From an uncultured delta proteobacterium (lineage in GTDB: Bacteria > Myxococcota_A > UBA9160 > SZUA-336), in NCBI GenBank assembly GCA_963704165.1, contig CAVPHD010000004.1, forward strand, positions 384,001 to 448,000: a stretch of DNA of 64,000 nucleotides, in the 5' to 3' direction. Position 1 is the first letter of the stretch. The number at the start of each line of letters is the position of its first letter. Below the pieces are notes generated by a model, which ran no database searches, had not been told where the DNA came from, and saw nothing but the letters and a program-made list of their open reading frames with translations. The position numbers and the translations under genes were made by a program. Positions 1 to 11,194 of this stretch are shown here, piece after piece.

Positions 1-1557
1 AACGGTCAGAAGGTGCGCGAGGAGCGCGACAGCAAGGACTCCGGCCGCTTCGACATCGTGACCGTCTTCGAGAACGGCGTGCCGGTCCGCCAGGAGCAGG
101 ACACCCGAGGCACCGGCACGTTCGACTCCGTGATCGAGTTCAAGGGCGGCAAGGAGTCCACACAGCAGCGCGATTCGAACGGCGACGGCTCGATCGATCT
201 CTGGATCACGCTCGACACCGACGGCAAGCCGGCCCGCGAGGAGATCGACTCGAACGCCGACGGCAAGCCCGACGTCGTGAAGCTGTACTCCGGCGGTGAG
301 CTCGGCCGCGAGGAGCAGGATCTCGACTTCGACGGCCGCTACGACCTGATCGTCTCCTACGAGGGTGGACTGCGAGCGCACTCCGAGGCCGACACGAACT
401 CCGACGGAAAGCCCGACGTGCTGATCGAGTTCCGCGGCGGGCGGAAGGTCTCTCAGAGCGAGGACACGAACCACGACGGAAAGCCCGACGTTCTGACTTC
501 ATTCGGACCCGACGAAGTTCCGCTTCGCAGCGAAGCCGACACCGACGGCGACGGGAGGCTCGAGACCGTGTCGTTCCTCGAGAACGGCGTCGTCGTGCGC
601 ACCGAGAAGGACTCGAACGCCGACGGTAGAGCGGACGTCTTCGTCTGGCTCGACGGCGACAAGGTCGTGCGTCAGGAAGAGGACTCGAACTTCGACGGCG
701 TCGTCGACAAGCGCTCCAGCATCGGCAAGTCAGGCTCGCAGGTGCAGGAAGCCGACGCGAACGGCGACGGCCGGATCGACACCTGGCTCACGGTCGACGC
801 CAACGGGAACGTCACGCAGAAGAAAGAGGACAAGGACGGGGACGGGACTCCCGACGTGACCGTCTCGCTTCGCGACGGTAAGCCCGTGAAGCTCGAGCAG
901 AACGCCGCGGGCAAGGCCTGCGTCGAACTCATCCAGAGCTACGACGCGGCCGGGAACGTCGTCTCCGAGAGCAAGGACACCAATGGCGACTGCAGGATCG
1001 ACGTCTGGACGTACCTCGAGAACGGAAACGTCGTGCGTCAGGGTCAGGACACGCGTGCCACCGGCCGACCCGACGTGCTGACGATCTTCGGCGCCGATGG
1101 CCGGCCGATCGGCCAGGAGCTGGTCTCCGATCCCAAGGGAAAACGCCCGGACAAGAAGCTCACGCTCGATGCGAACGGTCAGGTCACGTCGCAGTGTGTC
1201 GACACCAACGCGAACGGCAGCCTCGACGCGCGTGCGGTCGTCCGGAACGGCGTCGTGAGCGAGGTCTGGATCGACACGAAGGGCAAGGGCATCGCCGATC
1301 AGCGCGAGGTCTATCAGGAAGGCCAGCGCGTCGCGCTCGAGGCCGACACCAACGCGGATCGCAAAGTCGATGTCGTCCAGACTTTCCAGGGCGGCCAGCT
1401 CGCCCGCCAGGACGAGGACACCGACTTCGACGGCGTGATCGATCAGCGCTTCGAGGGCGACAAGGCCGTGGCCGTTCCCCCCGGCACGAAGATCTCGACG
1501 ACGAAGCTCGGGCCGCTCGACTGCGGCAGCTTCTCGAAGTTCTGGACCGCGCGCTGA
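1..1557 (+). CDS. DxDxDG (EF-hand-like Ca-binding loop) repeat protein, 5'-truncated by window edge
   Basis: Frame open from base 1. About 20 repeats of D-x-[ND]-x-D-G-x-x-D spaced ~23 aa apart (DSNGDGSID, DSNADGKPD, DLDFDGRYD, DTDGDGRLE). Confidence 0.8.
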   Translation, partial: NGQKVREERDSKDSGRFDIVTVFENGVPVRQEQDTRGTGTFDSVIEFKGGKESTQQRDSNGDGSIDLWITLDTDGKPAREEIDSNADGKPDVVKLYSGGELGREEQDLDFDGRYDLIVSYEGGLRAHSEADTNSDGKPDVLIEFRGGRKVSQSEDTNHDGKPDVLTSFGPDEVPLRSEADTDGDGRLETVSFLENGVVVRTEKDSNADGRADVFVWLDGDKVVRQEEDSNFDGVVDKRSSIGKSGSQVQEADANGDGRIDTWLTVDANGNVTQKKEDKDGDGTPDVTVSLRDGKPVKLEQNAAGKACVELIQSYDAAGNVVSESKDTNGDCRIDVWTYLENGNVVRQGQDTRATGRPDVLTIFGADGRPIGQELVSDPKGKRPDKKLTLDANGQVTSQCVDTNANGSLDARAVVRNGVVSEVWIDTKGKGIADQREVYQEGQRVALEADTNADRKVDVVQTFQGGQLARQDEDTDFDGVIDQRFEGDKAVAVPPGTKISTTKLGPLDCGSFSKFWTAR

Positions 1558-1576
1558 CGAGCGAGCCCGGCCTCGA

Positions 1577-2089
1577 TCAGGACGCCGTCGCCGCGCCTCT
1601 CGACTCGTGCGCGAGCAGCCAGCGCTTTCGCTCGATCCCGCCCGCGTAGCCGACCAGTCGCCCGTCGGACCCGATCGCGCGGTGACAGGGCACGATCAGC
1701 CAGATCGGATTCGCACCGTTCGCGGCTCCGACGGCTCGCGACGCCGATCTGGCGCCGATCGCCCGAGCGAGCGCAGCGTAGGACGTCGTCGTCCCCGCGC
1801 GCACGTCGCGAAGCGCCGACCAGACGCGTCGCTGGAACTCCGTTCCGACCGGCGCGATCTCGATCGCGTCGAGCGCGGCGAGGTCGCCTCCGAACCAGGC
1901 GCTCACGCGCGCGATCAGGTCGTCGGCGGATCGCGAGGCGCAGATCTCGACCGGATCGAGCCGACGCACGAGCGCTCGCTCCACTCTCGGCCAGCCGTCG
2001 GCGAATGCGAGGCCGTAGACGCGCCCCGAAGACCTCGCAAACCGCAGCGCGCCGAGCGGTGTTCCGATCTCGCCGATCTCGAGCTTCAT
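1577..2089 (-). CDS. ogt: Methylated-DNA-protein-cysteine S-methyltransferase
   Basis: GTEFQRRVW, SRAVGAANGANP and the active-site VPCHR motif. ATG overlaps the upstream stop (ATGA). Confidence 0.93.
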   Translation of the reverse strand: MKLEIGEIGTPLGALRFARSSGRVYGLAFADGWPRVERALVRRLDPVEICASRSADDLIARVSAWFGGDLAALDAIEIAPVGTEFQRRVWSALRDVRAGTTTSYAALARAIGARSASRAVGAANGANPIWLIVPCHRAIGSDGRLVGYAGGIERKRWLLAHESRGAATAS

Positions 2090-3548
2090 CTCGTCTCCTC
2101 TTTCGCGAGGCTCTGCCAGAGCGCCATCGCCGCATACGATCGCCAGGGTCGGAAGCTCTCCGCCCAGCGTTCGGCCTCGGCCGGGCGGATCGGCTTTTGA
2201 TCGCGTGCGAGCGCCTTGCGCAGCGCGAGATCGCCGGCGGGAAACGCGTCGGGCTCGCCGAGCGCGCGCATCGCGATGTACTGCGCCGTCCAGCTCCCGA
2301 TGCCGCGCAGCGCCGACAAGCGCGCGACGGAGTCGTCGAGCCCGAGCGCACCGTCGAGCACCGTGGTCCCGCGCGCGATCGCGTCGGCGAAGCCGCGGAT
2401 CGCGTCGGCGCGCGCCCTCGGCAGCCCGAGCGAGCCGACATCCGCGTTCGCGAGAACCGCCGGCGACGGAAACAGGTGAGTGAGCCCGGCCGGCGCACCC
2501 GCAATTGGCTTCCCGAAAGCGCGAACCAGACGCGCGGCCAGCGTCGAGGCGCCGCGAACACTCACCTGCTGGCCGAGAATCGCGCGCACCCCGAGCTCGA
2601 ACGGGTCCCACGTGCCGGGGACTCGAAGTCCCGGTCGCGCCTCGAGGTGTCGTCGGATTTCCGAGCTGCCGGCGAGTGCGCCGTGGACCACGAGCGGATC
2701 CGCGTCGAGGTCGAAGATCCGCCGCACGCGTTCGATCACGCCGAGCAGATCCGTCCCGCGCGGCGCGGACACGCGCAACAGCAGCGACGTCGCGTCGGCG
2801 ACGGGAGTGACTTCGAACCAACCCGGACTTCCGCCGATCTCGATGGTTCGCCGGTAGCCGGCTCGTCCCCGCTCTCGACGCCCGCGATCGCGCGACCGGC
2901 AAGGTACTCCGACAGGCCACGCCAGTCGAACGGCGGCCGGTACGCGAGTCGAAGCGCGAACGCTTCGCCGGTGCCGGCGGTCGTTTCGGTCCTCGCACGG
3001 CGGACTTCGCGCGGGGCGCGGCCGAAGCGGCTCCGGAACGCGTGATTGAACTGTCGCACGCTCGCGAACCCGGCGGCGAAGGCGATCTCGGTGATCGGGC
3101 GATCGCTCTCGTCGAGCAGCGCGCGCGAGACGTGCACGCGCCGCGCGCGCGCGATCTCCGCGGGCGAGGCGCCGAGATGCTTCGAGAACAACCGGCGCAG
3201 CTGCCGCCCACCCACGCCGAGCCTCGACGCGAGTCGTTCGACGTCGCCCCCGTCGAGCGCCCCGGCATCGATCAGACGCAGCGCACGCGAGACGATCGCC
3301 GAGCTTCCGAGCCACGCCGGGGTGCCGGGGGCGGTCTCGGGCCGACAGCGCCGGCAGGCGCGAAAGCCCGCGCTCTCGGCAGCGGCGGCGCAGGCGTAGA
3401 AGCGGATGTTCCGGAGCAGCGGCCGCCGCGCCGGGCAGACCGGCCGACAGTAGACGCCCGTCGTCGTGACTCCGACGAAGAAGCGACCGTCGAAGCGGCG
3501 GTCGCGCGTCTTCATCGCGTCGTAACAGAGGCCCCGATCGAGCTCCAT
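2086..3548 (-). CDS. alkA: Ada-AlkA fusion: Ada Zn-binding + AraC HTH + DNA-3-methyladenine glycosylase II (one frameshift near 2860)
   Basis: N-part (ORF 2736-3548) has GVTTTGVYCRPVCP, GFRACRRCRP and the HTH. C-part (ORF 2086-3564 frame) has RAILGQQVS, GIGSWTAQY, DAFPAGDL and FRPWRSYAA. Confidence 0.9.
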
Positions 3549-3882
3549 GACGCGAACCTACCACCAGGCCATGGCGCCGACTCGCAATCCGCGGACGCGT
3601 CTATCCGAGCCGGAGTCTCCACCGTGAGCTTTCGTGTCGATGCGAAAGTGGCGGCCCCATCGGAGTTGGGGAGCCATTCGAAATACGAGTGCGTTTCTGA
3701 GTGGAGAACCCTCGCCCCTGTGGGTTTTTTCCGAGATCGTGCTTCCAATTGGCGAGAGGCCGATGGTAGGATTCCACCGCATCCCACGACGGACAATTCG
3801 CCGTCGAGGCGTACGTGGAGCGGGCTGCATCGATTCGATCGGATCCGACGAATCGCCCGGCTCGGATTGCGGAGGGTGGCCA

Positions 3883-4581
3883 ATGTCGATCTCACGGGGG
3901 TGGTGTGCCGCACTCGTCGTCGCGGTGCTCACGGCGGCAGGGCCAGTGCACTCGGCTCCGATTCTCTACACGTTCAGCGGCGGGGACGCCGTTCTTCGGC
4001 TGACCTCCGGCGGCGTCACGCTGTCCGAGTCCGCACCTCTCGCGCTCGACGGGGTCTTCGCGACGTTCGATGGGGTGGGTTCCGGAGAGCTCGTCGACTT
4101 CGAGTTCTCGATCGTGCCCGAGCAGACGGTGATGCTCGACATCCTGCTCGGAGGCTACGACTGCATCCAGCTTCACACCGCGACGCTGACGCCCGGTGTT
4201 GGCTATACCCACCTCTTCCAGCAGAACAACGGCGGGGGGAACTACAGCATCGCCGCCGCGCCGGTGCTCACCTCGACGACACTCGACGTGATGAGCTCGG
4301 TGCCCGGTCCGCCTCCGGTCCCGTTCGCGTTCTCCGGAAACAGCTCGACCCCGCTCGTCGCGACGGTCGACATCTCCACCGGCACCACCTTGACGCTCGA
4401 AGGAATCACCATCGGCTCGTTCACGAACGCGGATTTCTCGACCATCCCCGTAGGCGAGACGGTCTTCGTGAAGATGGATCTCAGCTTTGCGGGCATGGCG
4501 CCCGTACCCGAACCGGCCGCGGTTTTCTTGATCGGGCTAGGATGCGTGGGATTGGCCATACTACGAGGACGACGGGTCTGA
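3883..4581 (+). CDS. Secreted PEP-CTERM sorting domain protein
   Basis: Signal peptide MSISRGWCAALVVAVLTAAGPVHS. C-terminal VPEP, hydrophobic helix and RGRRV. Confidence 0.85.
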   Translation: MSISRGWCAALVVAVLTAAGPVHSAPILYTFSGGDAVLRLTSGGVTLSESAPLALDGVFATFDGVGSGELVDFEFSIVPEQTVMLDILLGGYDCIQLHTATLTPGVGYTHLFQQNNGGGNYSIAAAPVLTSTTLDVMSSVPGPPPVPFAFSGNSSTPLVATVDISTGTTLTLEGITIGSFTNADFSTIPVGETVFVKMDLSFAGMAPVPEPAAVFLIGLGCVGLAILRGRRV

Positions 4582-4619
4582 CTCGACCTGGGCAGCAGCT
4601 GAGAAGGGGAGGAGATTCC

Positions 4620-5270
4620 ATGGCGACGAAGTGGCTCCATCGAGCCGTGGCGATTGCAGGCCTTTGGGCGTTGACGACGACTGGGGCGTCGGCCCTCACA
4701 CTGCAGATCACCTCGGGGGGTCTGTCCGCCTCCAACCTTAATTACGGCTGTCCGACCGGCTCGAGCAATTGCTCGCTCAGCCGGGACTACCAGCTCTCCG
4801 GACTGGCGCCGGCGACCGGCACGATCGTCATCAACGATCCAGGCACGATCGCCACCATCTCGCTCTCGATCGCGGGTGCGACCTTCGATCCGCTCGGCAT
4901 CGGCTCGCCGATCGTGTTCGGTCCCACGACCTACTCGGCCACGCTGAGCGGCGGCAGCCTGTCGACCACGCCGATCGGCCCCGGCACCGGCGGCATCGAC
5001 TACGGATTCGGCACGGGTTCGGTGACGGGGAGCGCGGACGCGGTTGGCTTTGCGGTCTCGCCCTCGGTCAACATCACCTGTGCCTACCCGGGCGGTACGG
5101 GGACCTGTGGCATCACGTTCAGCGGCGCTGCTTTCTCGGGAATCGCGGGCCACCAGTGGTCGCACACCTTCAACGTCAGCGTCGCTGCCGTGCCGCTGCC
5201 GGAGCCGGCGACCGCGCTCTTGATCGCGCTCGCGGCCGCAGGGCTTCTGATTCGCTCCCGCGCCGACTGA
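4620..5270 (+). CDS. Secreted PEP-CTERM sorting domain protein (G/S/T-rich)
   Basis: GGAGG RBS, signal peptide, C-terminal LPEPATALLIALAAAGLLIRSR. Confidence 0.85.
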   Translation: MATKWLHRAVAIAGLWALTTTGASALTLQITSGGLSASNLNYGCPTGSSNCSLSRDYQLSGLAPATGTIVINDPGTIATISLSIAGATFDPLGIGSPIVFGPTTYSATLSGGSLSTTPIGPGTGGIDYGFGTGSVTGSADAVGFAVSPSVNITCAYPGGTGTCGITFSGAAFSGIAGHQWSHTFNVSVAAVPLPEPATALLIALAAAGLLIRSRAD

Positions 5271-5319
5271 TTCGCGGCGTCTGTGAGAGAATTCTCCCGG
5301 TCAACGACCGGGAGCTCCG

Positions 5320-6129
5320 ATGTCCGCCCCGTCCCCTGTCCCGTCGCCGAAGCTCTCCGCCACGATCCTGCTCGTACGAGACGGCGCAAGCGGGCTCGAA
5401 GTCTTCATGGTTCAGCGCCACCACCAGATCGACTTCGCGACCGGTGCGATGGTCTTCCCGGGGGGCAAGATCGAAGCGGGTGATTCCGACCCGCGTCTGC
5501 GCGAGCGCTGCACCGGCGCCGACCTCCTCGATTCCGACACGCTCTCGGTCCGTGTGGGCGCGATTCGCGAGACCTTCGAGGAGTGTGGCGTCCTGCTCGC
5601 CCGCCCTCGGGGCAGCGCGGCGCTGGTCACGGCCGCTCGACTGCGCGAGATCGAAGCGCGCTGGCGAGACCGGCTGAACGCCGACGAGGCCGGGCTGATC
5701 GACGTCGCGCTCGAAGAGGATCTCGTGCTCGCGTGCGACCTGCTCGTGCCCTATGCGCACTGGATCACGCCCGTGATGGCGCCCAAGCGCTTCGATACGC
5801 ACTTCTTCCTGGTCGCGGCGCCGACCGATCAGGTCGCGCTGCACGACGGTGGAGAATCGGTCGACTCGGTCTGGACCACCGCGCAGAACGCGCTTGCCGA
5901 GTTCGAAGCGGGCCGGCGCACGATCATCTTCCCGACGCTGATGAACCTGAACCTGCTCGCGCTCGCGCGCGATGTCGAAGATGTGCTCGCGCGCGCGCGA
6001 GCGCGCAGCGTGGTGACCGTGCAGCCCGGGGTCCGGCGAGGCCCCGACGGGAAGCCCGAGCTCGTGATCCCGCCCGAGGCGGGCTATCCGCCGCTCCCGT
6101 CGGCGCTTCTCAAGCTGTCGCTGCGCTGA
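5320..6129 (+). CDS. NUDIX hydrolase (NUDT19-like)
   Basis: SATILLVRD, VFPGG, AIRETFEECG, HWITP...KRFDTHFF. Confidence 0.88.
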   Translation: MSAPSPVPSPKLSATILLVRDGASGLEVFMVQRHHQIDFATGAMVFPGGKIEAGDSDPRLRERCTGADLLDSDTLSVRVGAIRETFEECGVLLARPRGSAALVTAARLREIEARWRDRLNADEAGLIDVALEEDLVLACDLLVPYAHWITPVMAPKRFDTHFFLVAAPTDQVALHDGGESVDSVWTTAQNALAEFEAGRRTIIFPTLMNLNLLALARDVEDVLARARARSVVTVQPGVRRGPDGKPELVIPPEAGYPPLPSALLKLSLR

Positions 6130-6138
6130 TGTACACCG

Positions 6139-6849
6139 ATGAGTGACGAAGGCTTCCCGAATCGCCGGCTCGAACGCTGGCAGGTCGCGCGGAAGGAAGT
6201 GACGGGTGCGTGGAAGGAGAAGCGGCGCCTCGCCGCGGCCATGCGCACCGTGATCTCGCGGCTGGTCGAGATCGAGGCGCCCGAGGCCGAGCTCGCCGCG
6301 GCCGCGGACGGTCTCGAGCGCTACGCCGAGCGACTCGCGAGCCACCCGCGCCCGAATCGCTACGAAGGCTGGTCGGAGGTGTCGGCCTCCGGTGACGTCG
6401 GCAGCTTCTTCGATCACAGTCCGTTGATCGGGCTCTCGAACCCGCTCGCGCCGCCGGTCGAGCTGTACGCGGACGAGGACGGCCGCAGGGTGCACGGAAG
6501 GGCGGTCTTCGGATCGGCGTACGAGGGCCCGCCCGGGTGCGTGCACGGCGGCTACATCGCAGCCGCGTTCGACGAGCTTCTCGGCTTTGCCAACTCGCTC
6601 TCGGGAACACCGGGGATGACCGGCACGCTGACGGTTCGCTATCGCCGACCCACGCCGCTGCACACGGAGCTGCGCTTCGAAGGACGCTACGACCGCAGCG
6701 ACGGCCGCAAGATCTACACGTCGGCGCAGCTCTTCGCCGGAGACACGCTCTGCGCGGAGGCGGACGGTCTGTTCATCTCCGTCGGTACCGAGCGCTTCCG
6801 CGCGCTTTTCGAACAGCGCCAGAAGCGCGAGGGCGAACGCGGCTCCTGA
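6139..6849 (+). CDS. PaaI-family hotdog thioesterase
   Basis: YEGPPGCVHGGYIAAAFDE and TGTLTVRYRRPTPL. Confidence 0.88.
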   Translation: MSDEGFPNRRLERWQVARKEVTGAWKEKRRLAAAMRTVISRLVEIEAPEAELAAAADGLERYAERLASHPRPNRYEGWSEVSASGDVGSFFDHSPLIGLSNPLAPPVELYADEDGRRVHGRAVFGSAYEGPPGCVHGGYIAAAFDELLGFANSLSGTPGMTGTLTVRYRRPTPLHTELRFEGRYDRSDGRKIYTSAQLFAGDTLCAEADGLFISVGTERFRALFEQRQKREGERGS

Positions 6850-6868
6850 CGCCGCGAAGGTCCTCCGA

Positions 6869-9590
6869 TCAGTTCGTGAAGGCGGCGAGCCGCGCGGCGA
6901 CTTCGCGCGCGCTGGAGCAGCGCCGTTCCGGGTCCTTCTCGAGCAGATGGAGGATGAGCTCGGCGAGCCCGTCGGGGATGCCCGACGCGCGCTCTCGGGG
7001 ATCGGGTACGGGTGAGTGACGATGGTGGTAGACGACGTCGCCGTCGCGGTACGGGACGCCTCCGGTCGCGAGCTCGAAGAACGTGACACCGAGCGAATAC
7101 AGGTCCGCGCGCGCGTCGACGCTCTCGCCCGCAGCCTGCTCCGGCGCCATGTAGTACGGAGTCCCGCCGATCACCGTCGCGGAGCGGCGCACCTCTTCGA
7201 GCATCTTGGCGAGGCCGAAGTCCATGATCTTCACCACCTTGCCGCGCGTGAAGAACAGGTTCGAGGTCTTGATGTCGCGATGCACGATGCGACGCTCGTG
7301 CGCGTACTCGAGCCCCGCGCAGATCTGCACGCCCAGCCGGGCGCAGTCGCGCGGCGAGAGCCGCCCGGCGCGACGCAGGATCACGTGCAGGGGCTCGCCC
7401 TCGAGCAGCTCCATCGTGATGAAGAACGTGCCGTCTTCCTGATCCGCGTCGTGGATCGTCACGATGTTCGGGTGATTCAAGGCGGCGGCGGCGCGCGCCT
7501 CGCGCAGGAAGAGCTCGACGGCGGTCGGATGGTCGCGCAGGTTGTCGGGCAGGCGCTTCAGCGCGACCTCGCGGCCGAGACGTCGATCGCGCGCGCGGAA
7601 GACCACGCCCATTCCGCCGGCGCCGATCTGCTCCAGGATCTCGTAGCGGCTCTCGGCCGAGGCCTGCGCGCGCCGCCCGGACGACGCTCGACCCGAACCG
7701 GCCGATCGGTCCGCCGGAGATCCGCTTGCGCAGCCCCTCGATCCGCGTCGAGAGCTCTGGCCAGGTCGGCTCCTCCTCGCGCAGCTTCTCGAGCGATTCG
7801 AGCGCGCGCGGAAGATCTCCGCTGCGCTCCCAGAGCTCGGACAGACGTGAGCGCAGCTCGGGTGCGGCGCTCGGGGCGTCGGAACGCTCCAGCCGCTCGT
7901 GAAGCTTGTGAGCGGCGAGGTCGACGTGCCCTTCGGCTTCGAGCGCATCGACCAGCATCAGACACGCTCGCGTGTAGTTCGGATCGCCCGGCAGAACCTG
8001 CTGGAGCAGCTTGATCGCGCGACTCCGGTCGTCGCGATCGCGCGCGAGCGCGGCGGCATCGAAGTGCTCTCCGCGGCGCTCGAGGACGCCGATCACACGG
8101 TCCGCGTCCTCGGCCTCGCGGTAGCAGTCGAGCGCGCGGTCGAGCTCCGATGCCGCTTCGTACGCCTGCCCGGCGCGGACCGGGTCGCCCGCGCGGCGGT
8201 ACATGTCGCCGGCACGCACGGGCTCGCCCGCCTTCTCGTAGAGCGAAGCCGCCTGCGCCCAGTCCTCGAGCTCCTCGCGCAGGCGAGCCGCTTCGCGGGA
8301 AGTGCCCGGCGTACTCGAAGTGCTCCGCCGCGCGCGAGCGGTTGCTCTGCTCGACGTGCATCCGCGCGAGCAGGAGGTTCGAGACCTTGTCCTGTCCCTC
8401 GCGCGCGAGCGCGCGCGCGGCCGATTGGCACGTCGCCCTGCAGGTACGGCGCGACGGCGGGCGGGCAGCCCTTGAAGAGCACGCCCTCGGACACGCCGAG
8501 GTCCACCTCGACGATCCGCGTCGCGTAGTCGTCGACGTCGACCTCGCGCTCCGCGACCCGGTCGCCGGAGCCGACCGCGATCACGTGGCGACCCATCGGC
8601 AGGCCGATGCGTACCGACTGTCCGCGCGTGTGACGCAGCGTGTCTGGACGACCGTGGGCCGAGATCGTGCACTCGCGCACGGTCTGGCGGTCCCAGACGA
8701 CTCGAACCTCGACCGGGCAGGAGCGTGGCCGCAGGTCGAACTCGAGGCGGTGCGTGTCGCGGCTGCGCACGTGGATGAGCTGGGATTCGAAGGGCTGCTC
8801 GATCGGCTCGTCGCCCGAACCCGAGAACAGATCGCCATCGACCGTGATCCAGTAGCGCCCGGGAGTGAGCCCTCGGAACTGCGTCTCTCGCGCCACCAGA
8901 TAGTGTTCGGTCCGTGACGAGACCTTGCCGTGCGTCGCTTCGCGCTCGCCGCGGGGCGCCCGCCCGGTCCGGGGTTTTCCGTGCGAGAGCGTGACCGTGA
9001 AGCTGCCGCGCAGGTCGTCGGGGTAGGCGATGCAGACCACCAGGTCTCCACGGCCGCGAACGGTGCGCAGGACGACGAGCGCGACGACGAGTCCGAGCAG
9101 CGCTGCGAGCAAGCTGCGCCGTCCGGTCGGTTCAGTCGCGAAATCCGCGATCGGCAGCATTCGGCGCTGCCATTCGCCGGGAACCGCTCCCCAGGCGCGC
9201 TTCAGGGCCGTCTCGATCTCGGGCGACCAGCGCTGCCAGCTCTCCTCGACCCATGCGCGCATGTTCGGCGCCGACGAGGCGATCGAGCTCGCCGAACGAC
9301 GGGGGCCCGGGCGGCGTTGCGGGGATGTACGGCCGGGACGGAATCCTGCGCGGGCGACTCGAGGCTCGATCCGAGCGCGGATCCCGGGCGCCGTCCGTCG
9401 CCGCGTCGTCCGCCCCTTGCCCCATGTCGAGCAGGTTCCAGCTTCGCGAAGGCGCCTCGGGTTCCCGAGCGATCGATTCGGTCACCACCGGTTCGGCGGC
9501 GGACTCCTCCCCGCGCGCCGGCAGAACGGCGAGAAACCAGGCGGCGGCAAGCAGGATTGCCGCCGATCTTGCGTGTCTCGTGATGCGCAT
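6869..9590 (-). CDS. Ser/Thr protein kinase with N-terminal signal peptide, TM helix and TPR-like region (several frameshifts)
   Basis: Kinase motifs IGAGGMGVV, VALK, HRDIKTSN, DFG and GTPYYMAPE in 6869-7650. TPR-like AAxLYEKAG repeats in another frame, TM LLAALLGLVVALVVL near 9100, signal peptide from 9590. The join is inferred across frames. Confidence 0.7.
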
Positions 9591-9685
9591 CGCGCCAGAC
9601 GATTCTTCGGTGCCGCGCGGACTTCGATTGAGTGGTCGCCGCCTCGCCCGAACCCGGGCTACGATGGTTCGGGGAGCCTGGCCGA

Positions 9686-11110
9686 ATGCGGGAACGGACC
9701 TTCCTGACACAAGAAATCGATCGAGGTCCGTCGGGGCCGAAGATCGGTGCGTTCTTCGACGTGGACGGCACCCTCCTCGCGGGCTTCTCGGCCATCGCGT
9801 TCTGGCGGGACCGGCTGCTCTCGGGACAGATGAGCCTGTCCGACGTTTCCGAGAACCTGCTCGCGTTCGTCGGTTTTCAGCGCGGGCGGGTGGGGTTCTC
9901 CGGCATGCTCGCCGCGTGGTCCGGAATCCTGCGCGGCACACCGGAGCAGGATCTCGTCGCGACGGGCGTGCGGCTCTTCGACTCCGAACTCGCCGCACTC
10001 GTGTATCCCGAATCGCGAGCGCTCGTCACCGCGCACCTGCGTCGGGGCCACACCGTGGCGATCGTGTCGGCAGCGACGCGCTACCAGGTCGAGCCGCTCG
10101 CGCGGGATCTCGGCATCGAGCACGTGCTCTGCACGCGGCTCGAGGTCGAGGACGGGAAGTTCACCGGGCGCTACATCTCGCCGCCGTGCTGGGGCGAGGG
10201 CAAGGCCAGCGCGGTGCGGGAGCTCGCGTCGCGCGACGGTGTAGACCTCGAGCAGAGCTACTTCTACAGCGACGCCGCCGAGGATCTGCCGCTCTTCGAG
10301 ATCGTCGGGCGGCCGCGGCCGACCAATCCCGACGCGAGGCTCGCGCGCATCGCCGAGCGGCGCACCTGGCCGGTGCGGAAGTTCAAGAGCCGCGGGCGTC
10401 CCGGAGTCGCGGAGGTCGTGCGCACGATCCTCGCCACGACGTCGGGCGCGACCGCGTTTCTGCTCGGACTGCCGCTCGCATTCGTGACCGGGCGGCCGAA
10501 GGAGCTCTTCGACTTCTCGCTCGCCGCCTGGGGCGATCTCGGCACCGCGCTCGCCGGAATCGAGCTCGCCGTCGAGGGCGAGGAGCACCTGTGGTCGGAC
10601 CGCCCGGCGGTCTTCATCTTCAACCACCAGAGCGCGATCGACGTGCTGCTGCTCTGCAAGCTCCTGCGCCGCGACTTCGTCGGCGTGGCGAAGAAGGAGC
10701 TGCGGCGCGTGCCGTTCCTCGGGTCGTTCGCACGCTTCTCGGGCACGGTCTTCATCGACCGCGCGAACTCCACGCTCGGCGATCCGCGCGCTCCAGCCCG
10801 CCGTCGAACGCGCTCCGCCGCGGCACCTCGCTCGCGATCGCGCCCGAGGGCACGCGCACGCCGACGCCGCGGCTCGCACCCGTTCAAGAAGGGCGCCTTC
10901 CACATGGCGATGCAGGCGCGCGTGCCGATCGTGCCGATCGTGATCAAGAACGCGCTCGACGCGCTGCCCAAGCACGGGCTCGTGATCCGCCCGGCCCGAA
11001 TCGAGGTCGTCGTGCATCCGCCGATCTCGACGCGCGGCTGGGTGCGCGAGGACATCGACCTGCACATCGCCGAGGTGCGCAGGCTGTACGAGGAGACGCT
11101 CTCGGACTGA
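9686..11110 (+). CDS. HAD-IB family hydrolase / lysophospholipid acyltransferase (PlsC) fusion
   Basis: FFDVDGTL, YFYSDAAED, NHQSAID and PFKKGAF. The APEGTR motif is out of frame at ~10840, indicating compensating frameshifts. Confidence 0.88.
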   Translation: MRERTFLTQEIDRGPSGPKIGAFFDVDGTLLAGFSAIAFWRDRLLSGQMSLSDVSENLLAFVGFQRGRVGFSGMLAAWSGILRGTPEQDLVATGVRLFDSELAALVYPESRALVTAHLRRGHTVAIVSAATRYQVEPLARDLGIEHVLCTRLEVEDGKFTGRYISPPCWGEGKASAVRELASRDGVDLEQSYFYSDAAEDLPLFEIVGRPRPTNPDARLARIAERRTWPVRKFKSRGRPGVAEVVRTILATTSGATAFLLGLPLAFVTGRPKELFDFSLAAWGDLGTALAGIELAVEGEEHLWSDRPAVFIFNHQSAIDVLLLCKLLRRDFVGVAKKELRRVPFLGSFARFSGTVFIDRANSTLGDPRAPARRRTRSAAAPRSRSRPRARARRRRGSHPFKKGAFHMAMQARVPIVPIVIKNALDALPKHGLVIRPARIEVVVHPPISTRGWVREDIDLHIAEVRRLYEETLSD

Positions 11111-11194
11111 CGGAGCGCCGAAGTGAGACGGCTCACAAGCGGAGAGCCGGATCGAACGATACGCTGAGCAGAGCACACCCGCGCGCGGACCGTC

